This document shows, in pieces, positions 52,959 through 62,988 of a stretch of DNA of 64,000 nucleotides. The notes below the pieces were generated by a model. That model saw only the letters and a program-made list of their open reading frames with translations, made no database searches and was not told the DNA's origin. Each line of letters opens with the position of its first letter. Positions within the stretch are counted from its first letter, which is position 1. Position numbers and translations under genes: made by a program. This DNA comes from a virus, in IMG/VR virus record IMGVR_UViG_3300017991_000009, positions 31,167 to 95,166 of that record; one strand, 5' to 3'.

Positions 52959-55328
52959 ATGGCCACGGAAACACTATCAGCCAAACTCCAGTTCCAAGGC
53001 GACGCCGCAGTAGCGGGTGTCAACAAAGCCTCCCGATCCTTCATGGGGCTCGGTAAGAGCGCCCACACCGCCCAGCAGGGCGTTCAGAACCTACAGAAGG
53101 GATTTGCCGGTATGGGAATCGCGACCGCCGCAGCAGGCGGGATCGCGACCTCTGCCGTTAAGAAGTACGCTGACTTCGAGGGGCAGATGGCCGCGGTCAA
53201 GGCTGTCCTGGGTGAAGAGGCGGCGCCGATGTTCGGCACCCTGGAAAAGCAGGCGATGAAGTTGGGGTCCACCACCTCCTTCACAGGCAAGCAGGCAGCC
53301 GAGGCAATGGAGAACCTCGCCCGCTCTGGTATGTCTGCGGAGGAGATTATGTCTGCGATTGGGCCTACCTTAGCAGCCGCCGCGGCCGATGGGATGGACC
53401 TAGGCACCGCGGCCGATATCGTGGCCAGCAACATGAAGGCGTTTGGGATGCAAGCGAGTGACGCCACGCGCATCGCTGACACCCTGGCGTTCGTGTCCGC
53501 CAAGACGAATACCGACATGGTAGGCCTGCAGGAGGGTCTGAAGTTCGTAGGCCCGGTGGCGAGGTCGATGGGTATCGAACTCGAGGACACGGCCGCAGCA
53601 CTAGGCGTGTTGGCAGATGTTGGCCTGAAGGGTACCCTCGCAGGCACGGGGATGAAGAATGCTCTCCTAAAGATCGCCAAGTCGGCCAAAGGTGGGAAAG
53701 TTGCCGTAGGCCAATTCAGCGCCAAAGTTGAGAATACTGCAGACGGCAGTGTCAACCTAGCTGGCACGATGCTGAATGTGGTGGAGCAACTGCAAAACAT
53801 CAAGGACCCACTCAAGCGAGCTAACGCCTCAATGGAACTCTTGGGGATGCGTGGAATGGGTGCGGCTGGTGCTTTTGAGGCACTGGGTGAGAACGAAGGG
53901 AAGATCAAGCTCCTGTTCGATAATATGGCGGACAAGGCGAGGGGCAAGGCGATCGAAATGCAGAACACCAGGCTAGGTGGGCTGCACGGCACCATGGTGC
54001 GGATGAGTTCTGCGATCGATGGTGCTTTCAACTCGTTGGGAAAGTTTCTTGCTCCGTTAGCCTCGCCAATTATTGAGAAAGCTACCGCCTTCCTGGGTGA
54101 CATGTCCGCCACCTTCGGCTTGATCGGAGAAGGGGCGGATAAGAATAAGGACAAGCTGCAGGGGCTCAACCAGACTGCAGTCGCCTTGGCGTTGGGTATC
54201 AAGGAGGGGATCTCTGGAGCGAAGGCGATCTTCAGTGCCTTTGGTACGGTGCTGAAGGGGGTGCTGTACACCGCGGACATGTTGCTGGGCCCGTTCTCCT
54301 TCTTCGCACCAGGAGGTTCTGGTGTACAGGGGATAGCTGGGTTCGCGATCAAGTTTGCTGCACTTGGCATCGCAATCAAGGGGACCACCAAGCTGATCGG
54401 TAGGATGGCCTCCGTCACCAAGGGCACCTTCCAGATCATGAAGGGGGTGCTAGGGGGCGCAGCCAACATCCTGGGGCGCACCAAGACCTTCGGCAAGTTG
54501 ATGTCAAAATTGCCTGGTGGTCTTGGTAAGGTGGCAAAGGTTGCCGGCGCGGCAGAAAAGATTACTGCTAATCCGGTTAGGGTAGTCAACTTTGATGAGA
54601 TGGGTGGCCTTGGTATGGGCACCAGCACGGCTGCGGCGCCGCTGGGTCAACAGTCAGCGCAAACGGTTGGGGCGTTTGCTAGGATGCGCGGTGCCGTCAA
54701 TGGGTTAGCGGGCCGCATCCCAAAGGTTGGTAATTTACTCACCAGGAACCTGGGGTCTGTGGCAAGGGGTAGTGGTTCCCTCGTAAGTAGGCTAGCAGGC
54801 CCCGCTGGACTTGTCGCAGCCGCGGGTGCCGCAGGGGTCGGGTTAGGTATGTTGATCGATCGTACCTTCAAACTATCCGATCGTATCAGTGACTTCGCTG
54901 TCGGCTTCAATAAGCGGGCCGCAGATCGCAGGGTGGAGGCTCACAGGAAGGAAGTAGGCGTAGCATCCGCGCGGGAGCAGGTTCAGCAACTGGCCAAGTT
55001 CCAGCAACGGGGCGTGACGTTAGGTGGTGTTAAGGAGGGCAAGCGCGTAACAGTTACGAGGGAGCTTGCACTCGAAAGGCTGCAGTCACAGTGGTCCTCG
55101 ATGAAGGTCACCCAAGAGGAGCAGAAGCGGCTACTCAAGGTACTGCAGCCTGAGCTACAGAAGTTGAGCACCGCGGCCGAGTTGCAGGCGCAGGGCAAGC
55201 CGTTGGAGGTGACGCTGAAGGTTGACGGCCAGGTCGTTGGCAAGGCAACAGCCAAGGCAGGCGAGGAGAAGAGCAGTAGGGGTGCCAGGAGCCACTCCTC
55301 AGCACCCCGCACAGGCAATAGGAGGTAG
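52959..55328 (+). CDS. tape measure protein (TP901-type core)
   Basis: A.KLGSTTSFT..QAAEAME.LARSG, ADTLA...TNTD...L.EGLKFVGPVA, GLKGTLAGT. Confidence 0.92.
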   Translation: MATETLSAKLQFQGDAAVAGVNKASRSFMGLGKSAHTAQQGVQNLQKGFAGMGIATAAAGGIATSAVKKYADFEGQMAAVKAVLGEEAAPMFGTLEKQAMKLGSTTSFTGKQAAEAMENLARSGMSAEEIMSAIGPTLAAAAADGMDLGTAADIVASNMKAFGMQASDATRIADTLAFVSAKTNTDMVGLQEGLKFVGPVARSMGIELEDTAAALGVLADVGLKGTLAGTGMKNALLKIAKSAKGGKVAVGQFSAKVENTADGSVNLAGTMLNVVEQLQNIKDPLKRANASMELLGMRGMGAAGAFEALGENEGKIKLLFDNMADKARGKAIEMQNTRLGGLHGTMVRMSSAIDGAFNSLGKFLAPLASPIIEKATAFLGDMSATFGLIGEGADKNKDKLQGLNQTAVALALGIKEGISGAKAIFSAFGTVLKGVLYTADMLLGPFSFFAPGGSGVQGIAGFAIKFAALGIAIKGTTKLIGRMASVTKGTFQIMKGVLGGAANILGRTKTFGKLMSKLPGGLGKVAKVAGAAEKITANPVRVVNFDEMGGLGMGTSTAAAPLGQQSAQTVGAFARMRGAVNGLAGRIPKVGNLLTRNLGSVARGSGSLVSRLAGPAGLVAAAGAAGVGLGMLIDRTFKLSDRISDFAVGFNKRAADRRVEAHRKEVGVASAREQVQQLAKFQQRGVTLGGVKEGKRVTVTRELALERLQSQWSSMKVTQEEQKRLLKVLQPELQKLSTAAELQAQGKPLEVTLKVDGQVVGKATAKAGEEKSSRGARSHSSAPRTGNRR

Positions 55329-55330
55329 TC

Positions 55331-56101
55331 GTGGCACAGTCGCAGAAGATCCCGGTTGACTGGAAGATCAAGAACCTCGACAGCGGGGCCACTTTCGAGC
55401 CGCCCTATCCTATCACCGACAGCGGCGTAAGGATGAGCGTAGGTGGTGAGGTTGCCCAGCAGGCGAGGTTCGGCTTCCAGGACCCCATCACGCAGTGGGT
55501 TCAAGGCAGGCTGCGTAGCCTCACGTTCGTTTCCGTCTTGTTCGCTGAGGACTCGGATGAGAACATTCTCGGCCAACTGAGCGACGTGGTGAAACTGTCC
55601 ATCAAGGACGAGACATTGGGGCGCCCCCCTATCTGCGTGTTCAGTTGGGGCAAGACGATCTCCGAAGTATGTATGTTCGACTCCGTGGACCCGGAAATCG
55701 AATCGCTGATCACTACGGGAGCGAGTGCTGGGCACCCAAAGCACGTCACGCTGAACTTCACCGTGTCGCGGTACGTGCCCTTTTCACAACAGCAGATCGA
55801 CCCCACCAAGCCAGCGAAGGAGAGCTACTACCTTGTAGTCTCTGCTGCCCTGCAGACCTATGAGGGGATCGCTAAGAGATACTACGGCCGGCCCCTCCTG
55901 GGTGACAGGCTGCGGAAGAGAAACCCCGACATGCCGATGCAACCTGATGTCGGCTCGACGATTAGGATACCGGCCCGCGCCGTTGTGACTAGGGAGACGG
56001 TGGAGCCCGAGTTCCACGCCCTCAGCCTGACCAATGAGGAGGCAGTCGCAAGCTTCGAGGAGATCCTGGCCAACCGTAACGCGAGGAAGGCGGTGTTCTA
56101 G
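55331..56101 (+). CDS. tail tube initiator fused to a LysM-like domain
   Basis: PPICVFSWG; IAKRYYG...L...NP...G..IRIP. Confidence 0.7.
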   Translation: MAQSQKIPVDWKIKNLDSGATFEPPYPITDSGVRMSVGGEVAQQARFGFQDPITQWVQGRLRSLTFVSVLFAEDSDENILGQLSDVVKLSIKDETLGRPPICVFSWGKTISEVCMFDSVDPEIESLITTGASAGHPKHVTLNFTVSRYVPFSQQQIDPTKPAKESYYLVVSAALQTYEGIAKRYYGRPLLGDRLRKRNPDMPMQPDVGSTIRIPARAVVTRETVEPEFHALSLTNEEAVASFEEILANRNARKAVF

Positions 56102-57435
56102 TGTCACGCCTCCCGCTCACCAGGTACACCGAAGCCGGTGACGATCTTGTGCCTAATTTCGACCTGACGATCTCGGGCAGGGACGCCGGCAAATCGACCC
56201 AGCTATTCGAGGCAGTCCGCCCCCTCATCGCTAGTGTGACCTATGAAGAGGACGAGGAGATGGCGGGGATGTTTACCCTCCAGGTGATCAACCAACCGGA
56301 AATCACCTACGGCTCGCCTGACAACTGGCGCGCGGTGGTAGACAGCAAGGCCTTCCAGGAAGGCAATGCGATCGATCTCTACATGGGATACGGTGGCGTC
56401 CAGCAGTACATGGGACGCACTGAGATCGTGAAGTGGCTGCCGGTATTCGAGGAGGACGGGCCCACCATCTTCACCATCAAGGCTTATGATGGCCGCCACA
56501 GGATGATGGAGGGCAACCAGCACAAGGTGCGGCAGAGCGGCAAGGATAGGAAGCGGAAGAGCTTCTACAAAAACCTCCCTGATGAACTCATCGTGAAGAA
56601 GATCGCGGAGAAGTACGGCTACGGGGTCGACTACGATGCAACCGAGTCCAAGAAGCACTCGAAGACTGGCGCCGGTGGCAGTAAGAAGGCCGCGTTCCCT
56701 ACCAGGGTGCAAAACTCGGACACTAGCGACTGGGTGTTCCTGCAGCGGCTAGCGGAGATCAACCGCTTCGATCTCTGGGTATCCTGGAGCACAGGCAAGA
56801 ACCAGTGGATCATCAACTTCAAGAAGCGCCAGGACGCGGGTCAGGCTGAGTACCTCTTCACGTATAACGGTAACGATGGCAGCCTAATCTCCGCGCAGCC
56901 TGACTTCTCTATTACTGATCAGCCTACTGACGTGGAGGTGCTCCACTTTGATCGTAGGAAGAGGACGATCGAGCGGTCAATCATTTCTGACATCACGCCG
57001 GCCGAGGATGTGAAGCTGACTAGTGCTAGCCCCGGTAACTTCCAGGCGAAGAAGACGATCGGGCTCGGTGCTCGGGTTAGGTTCAGCGCCTTTGGGCAGG
57101 TGATCGAGGCATTCTCGAACAAGCCGTTCCGCAGCAAGGCAGAGGCCGAGACTTTCGCCCAGCACTTCCTGAAGGAGCGGGAGCGGGACTTCCTGGTGAT
57201 GACCGGCAAGGTGGTGGGAATTGAGACCCTACGGCCACGCCAGGTGCACCAGCTAGCAGGACTGGGGGCTCGGCTTGATGGCTTCTACCGATTCACCAAG
57301 ACCAGGCATGTGATGCAACCAGGGAACCTCTACCAGGTGGAGTTCATGGCGCACAAGATTCTCTCGCAGGAGATCGCGAGACGGAAGGCTACTACTACCG
57401 TTCAGACAACTTCGACACCACAGGCGGCAGGTTGA
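56101..57435 (+). CDS. baseplate hub protein (P2 gpD / Mu gp44-like)
   Basis: MGYG, IAEKYG, Q...SDWVFLQRLA, GLGARLDGFY. Confidence 0.85.
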   Translation: MSRLPLTRYTEAGDDLVPNFDLTISGRDAGKSTQLFEAVRPLIASVTYEEDEEMAGMFTLQVINQPEITYGSPDNWRAVVDSKAFQEGNAIDLYMGYGGVQQYMGRTEIVKWLPVFEEDGPTIFTIKAYDGRHRMMEGNQHKVRQSGKDRKRKSFYKNLPDELIVKKIAEKYGYGVDYDATESKKHSKTGAGGSKKAAFPTRVQNSDTSDWVFLQRLAEINRFDLWVSWSTGKNQWIINFKKRQDAGQAEYLFTYNGNDGSLISAQPDFSITDQPTDVEVLHFDRRKRTIERSIISDITPAEDVKLTSASPGNFQAKKTIGLGARVRFSAFGQVIEAFSNKPFRSKAEAETFAQHFLKERERDFLVMTGKVVGIETLRPRQVHQLAGLGARLDGFYRFTKTRHVMQPGNLYQVEFMAHKILSQEIARRKATTTVQTTSTPQAAG

Positions 57436-58121
57436 TGAAACAGGAACAGCTAACGGGCATTGTACAGAGCGTGGACGATCCGGCGAGGGCGGGCCGTATC
57501 CGGGTGTCGATCACCGCGATGGATGGGCAGGAGTACCCGGAGTGGATCGAGCCTATCTTCCCACCTGGGTGGGTGACGTGGCCTGAGCCCGGCGATGAGG
57601 TAGAGATAGTTCTCCCAGAGGGGGAGGACCTGATCGAATTCGCTGACGAAGTGAAGTACCGGGGCAAGGTACTCAGTGAGAACCATCCCGTACCTGACGA
57701 GTTCAAGGACAGCTACCCCAAAGCGAGGGGGTACAAGACGAAGTACGGCCACCTGTTGATCTTCGACGACAAGGAGAAGTTCATTACCCTCTATACAAAG
57801 GAGGGGATGAGGCTCACCTTGGACGACAAGAACGGGAAAGCCGCGGTTTACCATAAGGATACGATGGTCGTCAGCTTGACGAACGACGGTATCTACTTCG
57901 GGACAGAGGCTGCGGCCGAGCCGATGGTGCTGGGTGAGTTGTGGAAGACCCTCATGGATACCTTGATGCAAGCCCTCATTGATCACACGCATCCTACTGG
58001 CACAGGCCCCAGTGGTCCGATGAACGTCCCGCAGAGCACCACGATCGGGACTCTACAGTCGGGGGTGAACGCTGGCGACCAACTGAGCAACTTCATCAAG
58101 GGTCAGAAGGTGAGGCCGTAG
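57435..58121 (+). CDS. baseplate spike protein (gpV-like)
   Basis: DDPARAGRIRV OB fold, PEPGDEV, GHLLIFDD, HTH iron-binding tip HTHPTG. Confidence 0.88.
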   Translation: MKQEQLTGIVQSVDDPARAGRIRVSITAMDGQEYPEWIEPIFPPGWVTWPEPGDEVEIVLPEGEDLIEFADEVKYRGKVLSENHPVPDEFKDSYPKARGYKTKYGHLLIFDDKEKFITLYTKEGMRLTLDDKNGKAAVYHKDTMVVSLTNDGIYFGTEAAAEPMVLGELWKTLMDTLMQALIDHTHPTGTGPSGPMNVPQSTTIGTLQSGVNAGDQLSNFIKGQKVRP

Positions 58122-58616
58122 ATGGCGTTGAACAAGTCGGGGCTGATATCGGACCTCACCAACATCTTTGCTGGGTACCCCGCATCCGCAGTGATCGCTG
58201 CCACGCAGATCGCAAACGCTTATGATAGCTACGCGAGTGCGGCGCAGCACTGTGGGCTGCTCAACCCCACGTTGGTGAACCTCTCCGACTTGCGTGATGG
58301 GCTGCAAGCCTCGATGGAGAATCAGGGAAGCTACGCGACGATCGCGCAGGAGTGGGCCGATGCCTTCGAGGCGTATTGGACCGGCGCGCTATTCGGCGTG
58401 ACGGGGGCGGTCACCACGATTACAGGCAAGGCAGCTTTCCAGGCCGGCCTTGAGTCGATGTGGTCTACGTTGACCGGGAACCCAGCCACCACCTTTGCTA
58501 TTGCAGCCCAGCAACATGGTGACCTGATGGATACCTTCACCAAGACAGTCAACGCTAACGATACGGTCCTCCCCAACCCGCCTGGGACGGGGTGTGGGCC
58601 GGCGCCAATAACGTGA
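58122..58616 (+). CDS. baseplate-associated protein
   Basis: MALNK..L...IANAYDSY pattern typical after spike genes. Confidence 0.6.
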   Translation: MALNKSGLISDLTNIFAGYPASAVIAATQIANAYDSYASAAQHCGLLNPTLVNLSDLRDGLQASMENQGSYATIAQEWADAFEAYWTGALFGVTGAVTTITGKAAFQAGLESMWSTLTGNPATTFAIAAQQHGDLMDTFTKTVNANDTVLPNPPGTGCGPAPIT

Positions 58617-58623
58617 GGTCGAT

Positions 58624-59007
58624 ATGGCAAAAGGGATCGCAGTACCAGCCAAGGCGATAAGAGGGAGACTCAAACTCCTTGGCGGGGATGAGTACGTCAC
58701 CCAACTGGTCATGACGATGTTGGGTGCAAACGATAGCGACAACCCCTTTCAGGACATCGGCCTGGGCGACTGGATGATTTACGAGTTGAACGACCAGATG
58801 ACCGAAGGGGAGATCAGGGAGCAGGTAATCGCAGGCTTTCGGTCGCTAGAAGTTGACCAGCTAGCCAAGTTGGACGATCCTCAGAAGGACCTGGTGTTTA
58901 CCAGAACGGAGGAGAGTGGTGAGCTACAGCTTGACCTCACCTACACCAACATGGAAACCCAGGAGCGGATAGAACTAGAAGTACCGATTCCACCTGCAGG
59001 AGACTAA
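58624..59007 (+). CDS. baseplate wedge gp25/gpW-like protein
   Basis: 127 aa before baseplate J; NPF..IG. Confidence 0.65.
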   Translation: MAKGIAVPAKAIRGRLKLLGGDEYVTQLVMTMLGANDSDNPFQDIGLGDWMIYELNDQMTEGEIREQVIAGFRSLEVDQLAKLDDPQKDLVFTRTEESGELQLDLTYTNMETQERIELEVPIPPAGD

Positions 59008-59010
59008 ACG

Positions 59011-61464
59011 ATGCCCAGCCTTATCAGCATTCCCGACGTCGAGTTCGCAGGGTTCTACTACCCTGAGATCCTCCGCGAGCTACTGACCTACCTCCGCAGG
59101 TTCAGGGATCGAATTGGCCTCACCGATGAGAACGAGTACGAGGTGCACGTTCAGATGGTGCGGGCCTTTTCGCTCGTGGGCCACCTCAACAACACCAGGC
59201 TAGATACAGTAGCCACGGAGTTGATCTACAGCACTTGCAAGCTCCTGGAGAGTGCGAAGGTGCTCCTGCGGCTGATCGGTGTGGAGCTATCCAGCGCCTC
59301 GCCGGCGGTTGCGGATGTGGTGATCAAGCTGTCGGAGGTGACGAGTTCGGACATCGTGGGGTTCATCCCTGAGCTAGCCGAGTTCGCTACCGACAGCGTC
59401 CCCCCTATCCCCTACGAGGTACTCGAGGATGGTGGTGTCGACCTGGACCGGACGGATCAGGTGAGCTACGTCTACGGGCTCGAGAAGGAGAAAGAGGGCT
59501 CGGCCGGCCAGGTGAGTGCCACGGCGCCCGACGTGTTCACCAGGACATCGGGTGACGTCTTTGCCGCGGGGGACCTGGGCAAGCATATCTTCATCCTCGA
59601 AAGTCTGAATGGGAACCCGCGGGAGCTACGCATTACGGAGTACATCGACGCAGATAACGTGAGGGTCGTCGAAGTGCCAGGCAGCGGCTCGCCGGGGTTC
59701 CAAACTGAGACGGGGCTGGACTGGACGTTGAAGGCGTTCACGACCGACAAGGCGACGGAGGCCAACACAGGTGGCTCTCCCTTCGATCCATGGGTAGATG
59801 CCGAGGATGGTGACTGCCTCTACGTAGGCCACAAGCAGGTCCTACCAGGTCAGATCGACGTGGAGTTAGACACCGCCGCGGCGAACATCGCCGGCGTGTT
59901 CGAGTATTTCGATAACAGCTTGTCCCAGTTCTTCCCATCAGGTGTGACGGACAACGGTGACGGTACGATCACCTTTGACCTTACCTCTCTCTTGGGTGCA
60001 CCCGATCGCCACGGTGCGGAGATAGAGATCGAGTACATCCCAACAGGGACGAAAGAGCGTGTGGCGTCTACGTTCTCCCTGAGCGCGAACAAGGCAACCA
60101 CGCAGTCAACCCTCGGTCAGACTTCGGTGAGCACGGACATAGAGGACTACCTCATCACCGCGGACTGGGTGCCGTTCGAGAATCAGGACGACAAGACCCT
60201 CGACCTCACAGTTGACGAGGCTGTCACCTTCAACTTCCCGCAAGACGAGTACCGCAACTGGAAGGAGACGGAGGTCAACCTGGTGGAGGCGTGGTGGTGG
60301 CGCTACCGCATCGTGGAGGTGTCTACTCCGACCGAGCCGTCCATCGATCGCATCAAGATCGATCAGGGTGATCAGTATATGGTAGTGCAAGCTACTCAGG
60401 GGGAGACCATCGGCCCGCTTGTCCTTGGGAGCAGCGACGGTTCTTCCTTTCAGGAGTTCTCGTTGCCCGAATCGCCCTTCATCGACGACACCGAGATGAT
60501 CGAGGTAGACGAGGGCGGTAGCGGATCCTGGACGGAGTGGTCCAGGGTAGCCAACTTCCTGAATAGCTCCGAGACTAGCCGTCACTACGTGAGGGAAAGT
60601 AGCGCGGAAGACGTGGCCACCATCCGCTTCGGTGACGGGGAGAACGGGAAGATACCCCCAAGTGGGACGGACAACCTCCGCGCTACTTGGCGCATTGGAG
60701 GGGACATCGACGGCAACGTCGGAGTCATGGAGGTCAACACCAATGCGGATGGTGTGAGCGGTATTGCGGAGGTGTGGAACCCGCGGTCGGCCTCGGGTTG
60801 GAGGATGAAGGAGGGTGGGTCGGACGACGACCTGGCGCGTGTCAAGAGAGATGCCCCCGCCGCTCTGCGCACTAGGGAGACTGCGAGCAACGAGGGGGAC
60901 ACGGAGCGCCTGGCCGTCAAGGAATTCACCGACTCTGATGGTGTCAAGCCAGTGGCCCGCGCAGTGGCCCAGGAGGAGGGCTTCGGCCCTAAGACGGTCA
61001 AGCTCTTGGTCGTAGGAGCAGGCGGCACCACGCTGTCTACTTCTCAGCGAGAGGAGCTAGAAGAGTACTTCAACGGCAACCGGGAGTCCCGCCCGCAGGT
61101 CAAGGGGAAGATCACCCTCGGCCACCACCTGACCGTAGTCAACTTCGAGCCCCGCCTAGTGCAGATCCAGGCTACTGTGGTGTGGAAGGGGGGTAACGCG
61201 GAATCGGTGCGAGCGGCACTCCTCGCCCTGATCACACCGCTGGCACTCGAAGAGGATGGTACTACTTACGTGTTCGAATACAACGGGTACGTAAGTCGAT
61301 CGCGTGTGCACGCAGAAATCCACTCGGTAGACCCCGGAGTCGAGGACGTTCCTACCTTGCTGATCAACGGTAGCTCAACCGCGAGCCTTAGCCTGGGGCC
61401 GAACGAGCTACCGTACACAACAGCGAGTAGTATCGTGATCAATATCCAGGAGACCGCCGCGTAA
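59011..61464 (+). CDS. baseplate J / wedge protein
   Basis: LGSSDG...QEF, IRFGDGENGKIPP, GG..DGNV, A..ALRTRE.A...D. Confidence 0.88.
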   Translation: MPSLISIPDVEFAGFYYPEILRELLTYLRRFRDRIGLTDENEYEVHVQMVRAFSLVGHLNNTRLDTVATELIYSTCKLLESAKVLLRLIGVELSSASPAVADVVIKLSEVTSSDIVGFIPELAEFATDSVPPIPYEVLEDGGVDLDRTDQVSYVYGLEKEKEGSAGQVSATAPDVFTRTSGDVFAAGDLGKHIFILESLNGNPRELRITEYIDADNVRVVEVPGSGSPGFQTETGLDWTLKAFTTDKATEANTGGSPFDPWVDAEDGDCLYVGHKQVLPGQIDVELDTAAANIAGVFEYFDNSLSQFFPSGVTDNGDGTITFDLTSLLGAPDRHGAEIEIEYIPTGTKERVASTFSLSANKATTQSTLGQTSVSTDIEDYLITADWVPFENQDDKTLDLTVDEAVTFNFPQDEYRNWKETEVNLVEAWWWRYRIVEVSTPTEPSIDRIKIDQGDQYMVVQATQGETIGPLVLGSSDGSSFQEFSLPESPFIDDTEMIEVDEGGSGSWTEWSRVANFLNSSETSRHYVRESSAEDVATIRFGDGENGKIPPSGTDNLRATWRIGGDIDGNVGVMEVNTNADGVSGIAEVWNPRSASGWRMKEGGSDDDLARVKRDAPAALRTRETASNEGDTERLAVKEFTDSDGVKPVARAVAQEEGFGPKTVKLLVVGAGGTTLSTSQREELEEYFNGNRESRPQVKGKITLGHHLTVVNFEPRLVQIQATVVWKGGNAESVRAALLALITPLALEEDGTTYVFEYNGYVSRSRVHAEIHSVDPGVEDVPTLLINGSSTASLSLGPNELPYTTASSIVINIQETAA

Positions 61465-61479
61465 CCAGAGAGGGCTTTA

Positions 61480-62721
61480 ATGGCTGATAAGTTTCAGAAC
61501 GGGCTAAAACTCACCACCTTCAGCGGGTCTGGCGGTAGACTGGGCCGCGTCTTTTGTCGTTGGTTATTTGAGTGGGCGACGAAAGTGGTGGGGATGACCG
61601 ATGTCGACAAGAGCGGCTCGAAGTGGACTACCTACGTCGCATCAGGATCAGACGGCCAGTCGGTGGCGAGTTACACCAAGAGGTTCTCGATAGGCGCTGA
61701 CTCTCACGTCTTCACCGTAGACGATATCGGCGCGTACCTGACGATCCCTGGAATTACGCCGGCGGCCTTTGCGGGTATCTATCGAATCGCCAGCATCGTC
61801 TCTGATAAGGTGGTGGAGATCGAGTACCAGTTCAGCATCCACTCGTCGGGTATCCCTTGCAACTTGACGGGGCTGTCCTGGTACCTGTGGAGGGCTGAGG
61901 ATGCCTATGCGCCGGACCCTGCTGACTGGTGCGTGCTTGGCGGGACGGGGACTACGGGAGGAGGCTACACCTACCATCTCAGGATGGAGGTGAACACCGA
62001 GGGCACCACTACTATGGGGATGCCGAAGTTCATCCTGTCCCCCTTCGGAAGCTGGAACGCCGGCTCCCACACCTGGGACGATAGCCGCTATATCTCGGAG
62101 GTTGTGTGGGAGGATTGGAACTACTCCGTGTATGACCAGCCAAGTATGCGAGTATTCGCGGCGGGTGACACCGATCGCCTGATCCTAATGCTGAGGTTTG
62201 AGCGGCACTCCGAGGAGTACACCGAGGGGTGTTACTGTTGGCACTTCGTCTACCTCGGAGAGATCGACACTTTCCACGCCTCGCAGGACGCCCGCCCCTG
62301 CATTGTATGGGAAGGGAGCAACCGCGGCTCGTACAATGTGGGAGAAGATGGGGAGGACCTGATCGGGTACTCGCCTGACAGTAACATCAACGGCCGGGGG
62401 AAGTGGCTCACCTACGATGATCTTACTACCGTGAGTGGCTATATCATGTTCCCTCACGTGCCTACCAACGAGAACCAGAACTGGATGAGCGGCATTCACA
62501 GGAGGTACAGCGCGGTCTCAGGAGAGTGGTTGCTAGCGGACCTCCTCTGTGAGTGTCGGGACGCCGGGTACAATGAAGTTAGAGGATCACTCAGGCGGGT
62601 GTGGTCGACAGGTAGGAACAACCCCAGAGCAGAGCCCTTTGGGGTGGACAACGAGTACCTGCATATAATCGGAGGCATCGTGATCCCCTGGAGCGGGAGC
62701 CGTTGCTACTACGTGAGGTGA
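61480..62721 (+). CDS. putative tail fibre/baseplate protein, paralog A
   Basis: Follows baseplate J; aligns by eye with the 62989 ORF. Confidence 0.6.
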   Translation: MADKFQNGLKLTTFSGSGGRLGRVFCRWLFEWATKVVGMTDVDKSGSKWTTYVASGSDGQSVASYTKRFSIGADSHVFTVDDIGAYLTIPGITPAAFAGIYRIASIVSDKVVEIEYQFSIHSSGIPCNLTGLSWYLWRAEDAYAPDPADWCVLGGTGTTGGGYTYHLRMEVNTEGTTTMGMPKFILSPFGSWNAGSHTWDDSRYISEVVWEDWNYSVYDQPSMRVFAAGDTDRLILMLRFERHSEEYTEGCYCWHFVYLGEIDTFHASQDARPCIVWEGSNRGSYNVGEDGEDLIGYSPDSNINGRGKWLTYDDLTTVSGYIMFPHVPTNENQNWMSGIHRRYSAVSGEWLLADLLCECRDAGYNEVRGSLRRVWSTGRNNPRAEPFGVDNEYLHIIGGIVIPWSGSRCYYVR

Positions 62722-62725
62722 TCCA

Positions 62726-62980
62726 ATGACTGAAGTAGATCGGAAGAACAAGCTGGTCAAAAAACTGTGGTACTGGTTTCCCCTCCGGTGGACCTACGGA
62801 GGTACCACCTGGCGGATTCACCAATATAAGGTGACCGGCGACGAGGAGGAGGGCGGTATCGATGTTACTGTGGTGCAGGGTACCGAGGCCCCGCAGGTGA
62901 TCCACTTCACGAACGACGAATGTTACGGAGCCTCTGCGCTGTCGGTGTCTAGCGCACGGGGTAGAGTTACTAGTCTATAG
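62726..62980 (+). CDS. hypothetical protein
   Basis: GAGG RBS; sits between the paralogs. Confidence 0.5.
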   Translation: MTEVDRKNKLVKKLWYWFPLRWTYGGTTWRIHQYKVTGDEEEGGIDVTVVQGTEAPQVIHFTNDECYGASALSVSSARGRVTSL

Positions 62981-62988
62981 GAGCGATC

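Noticed and set aside
53084-54628. Long antisense ORFs (also 4966-5658, 25825-26883, 35274-35978, 45555-46562)
   Set aside because: They shadow well-supported + strand genes, an expected effect of high GC3, and show no motifs
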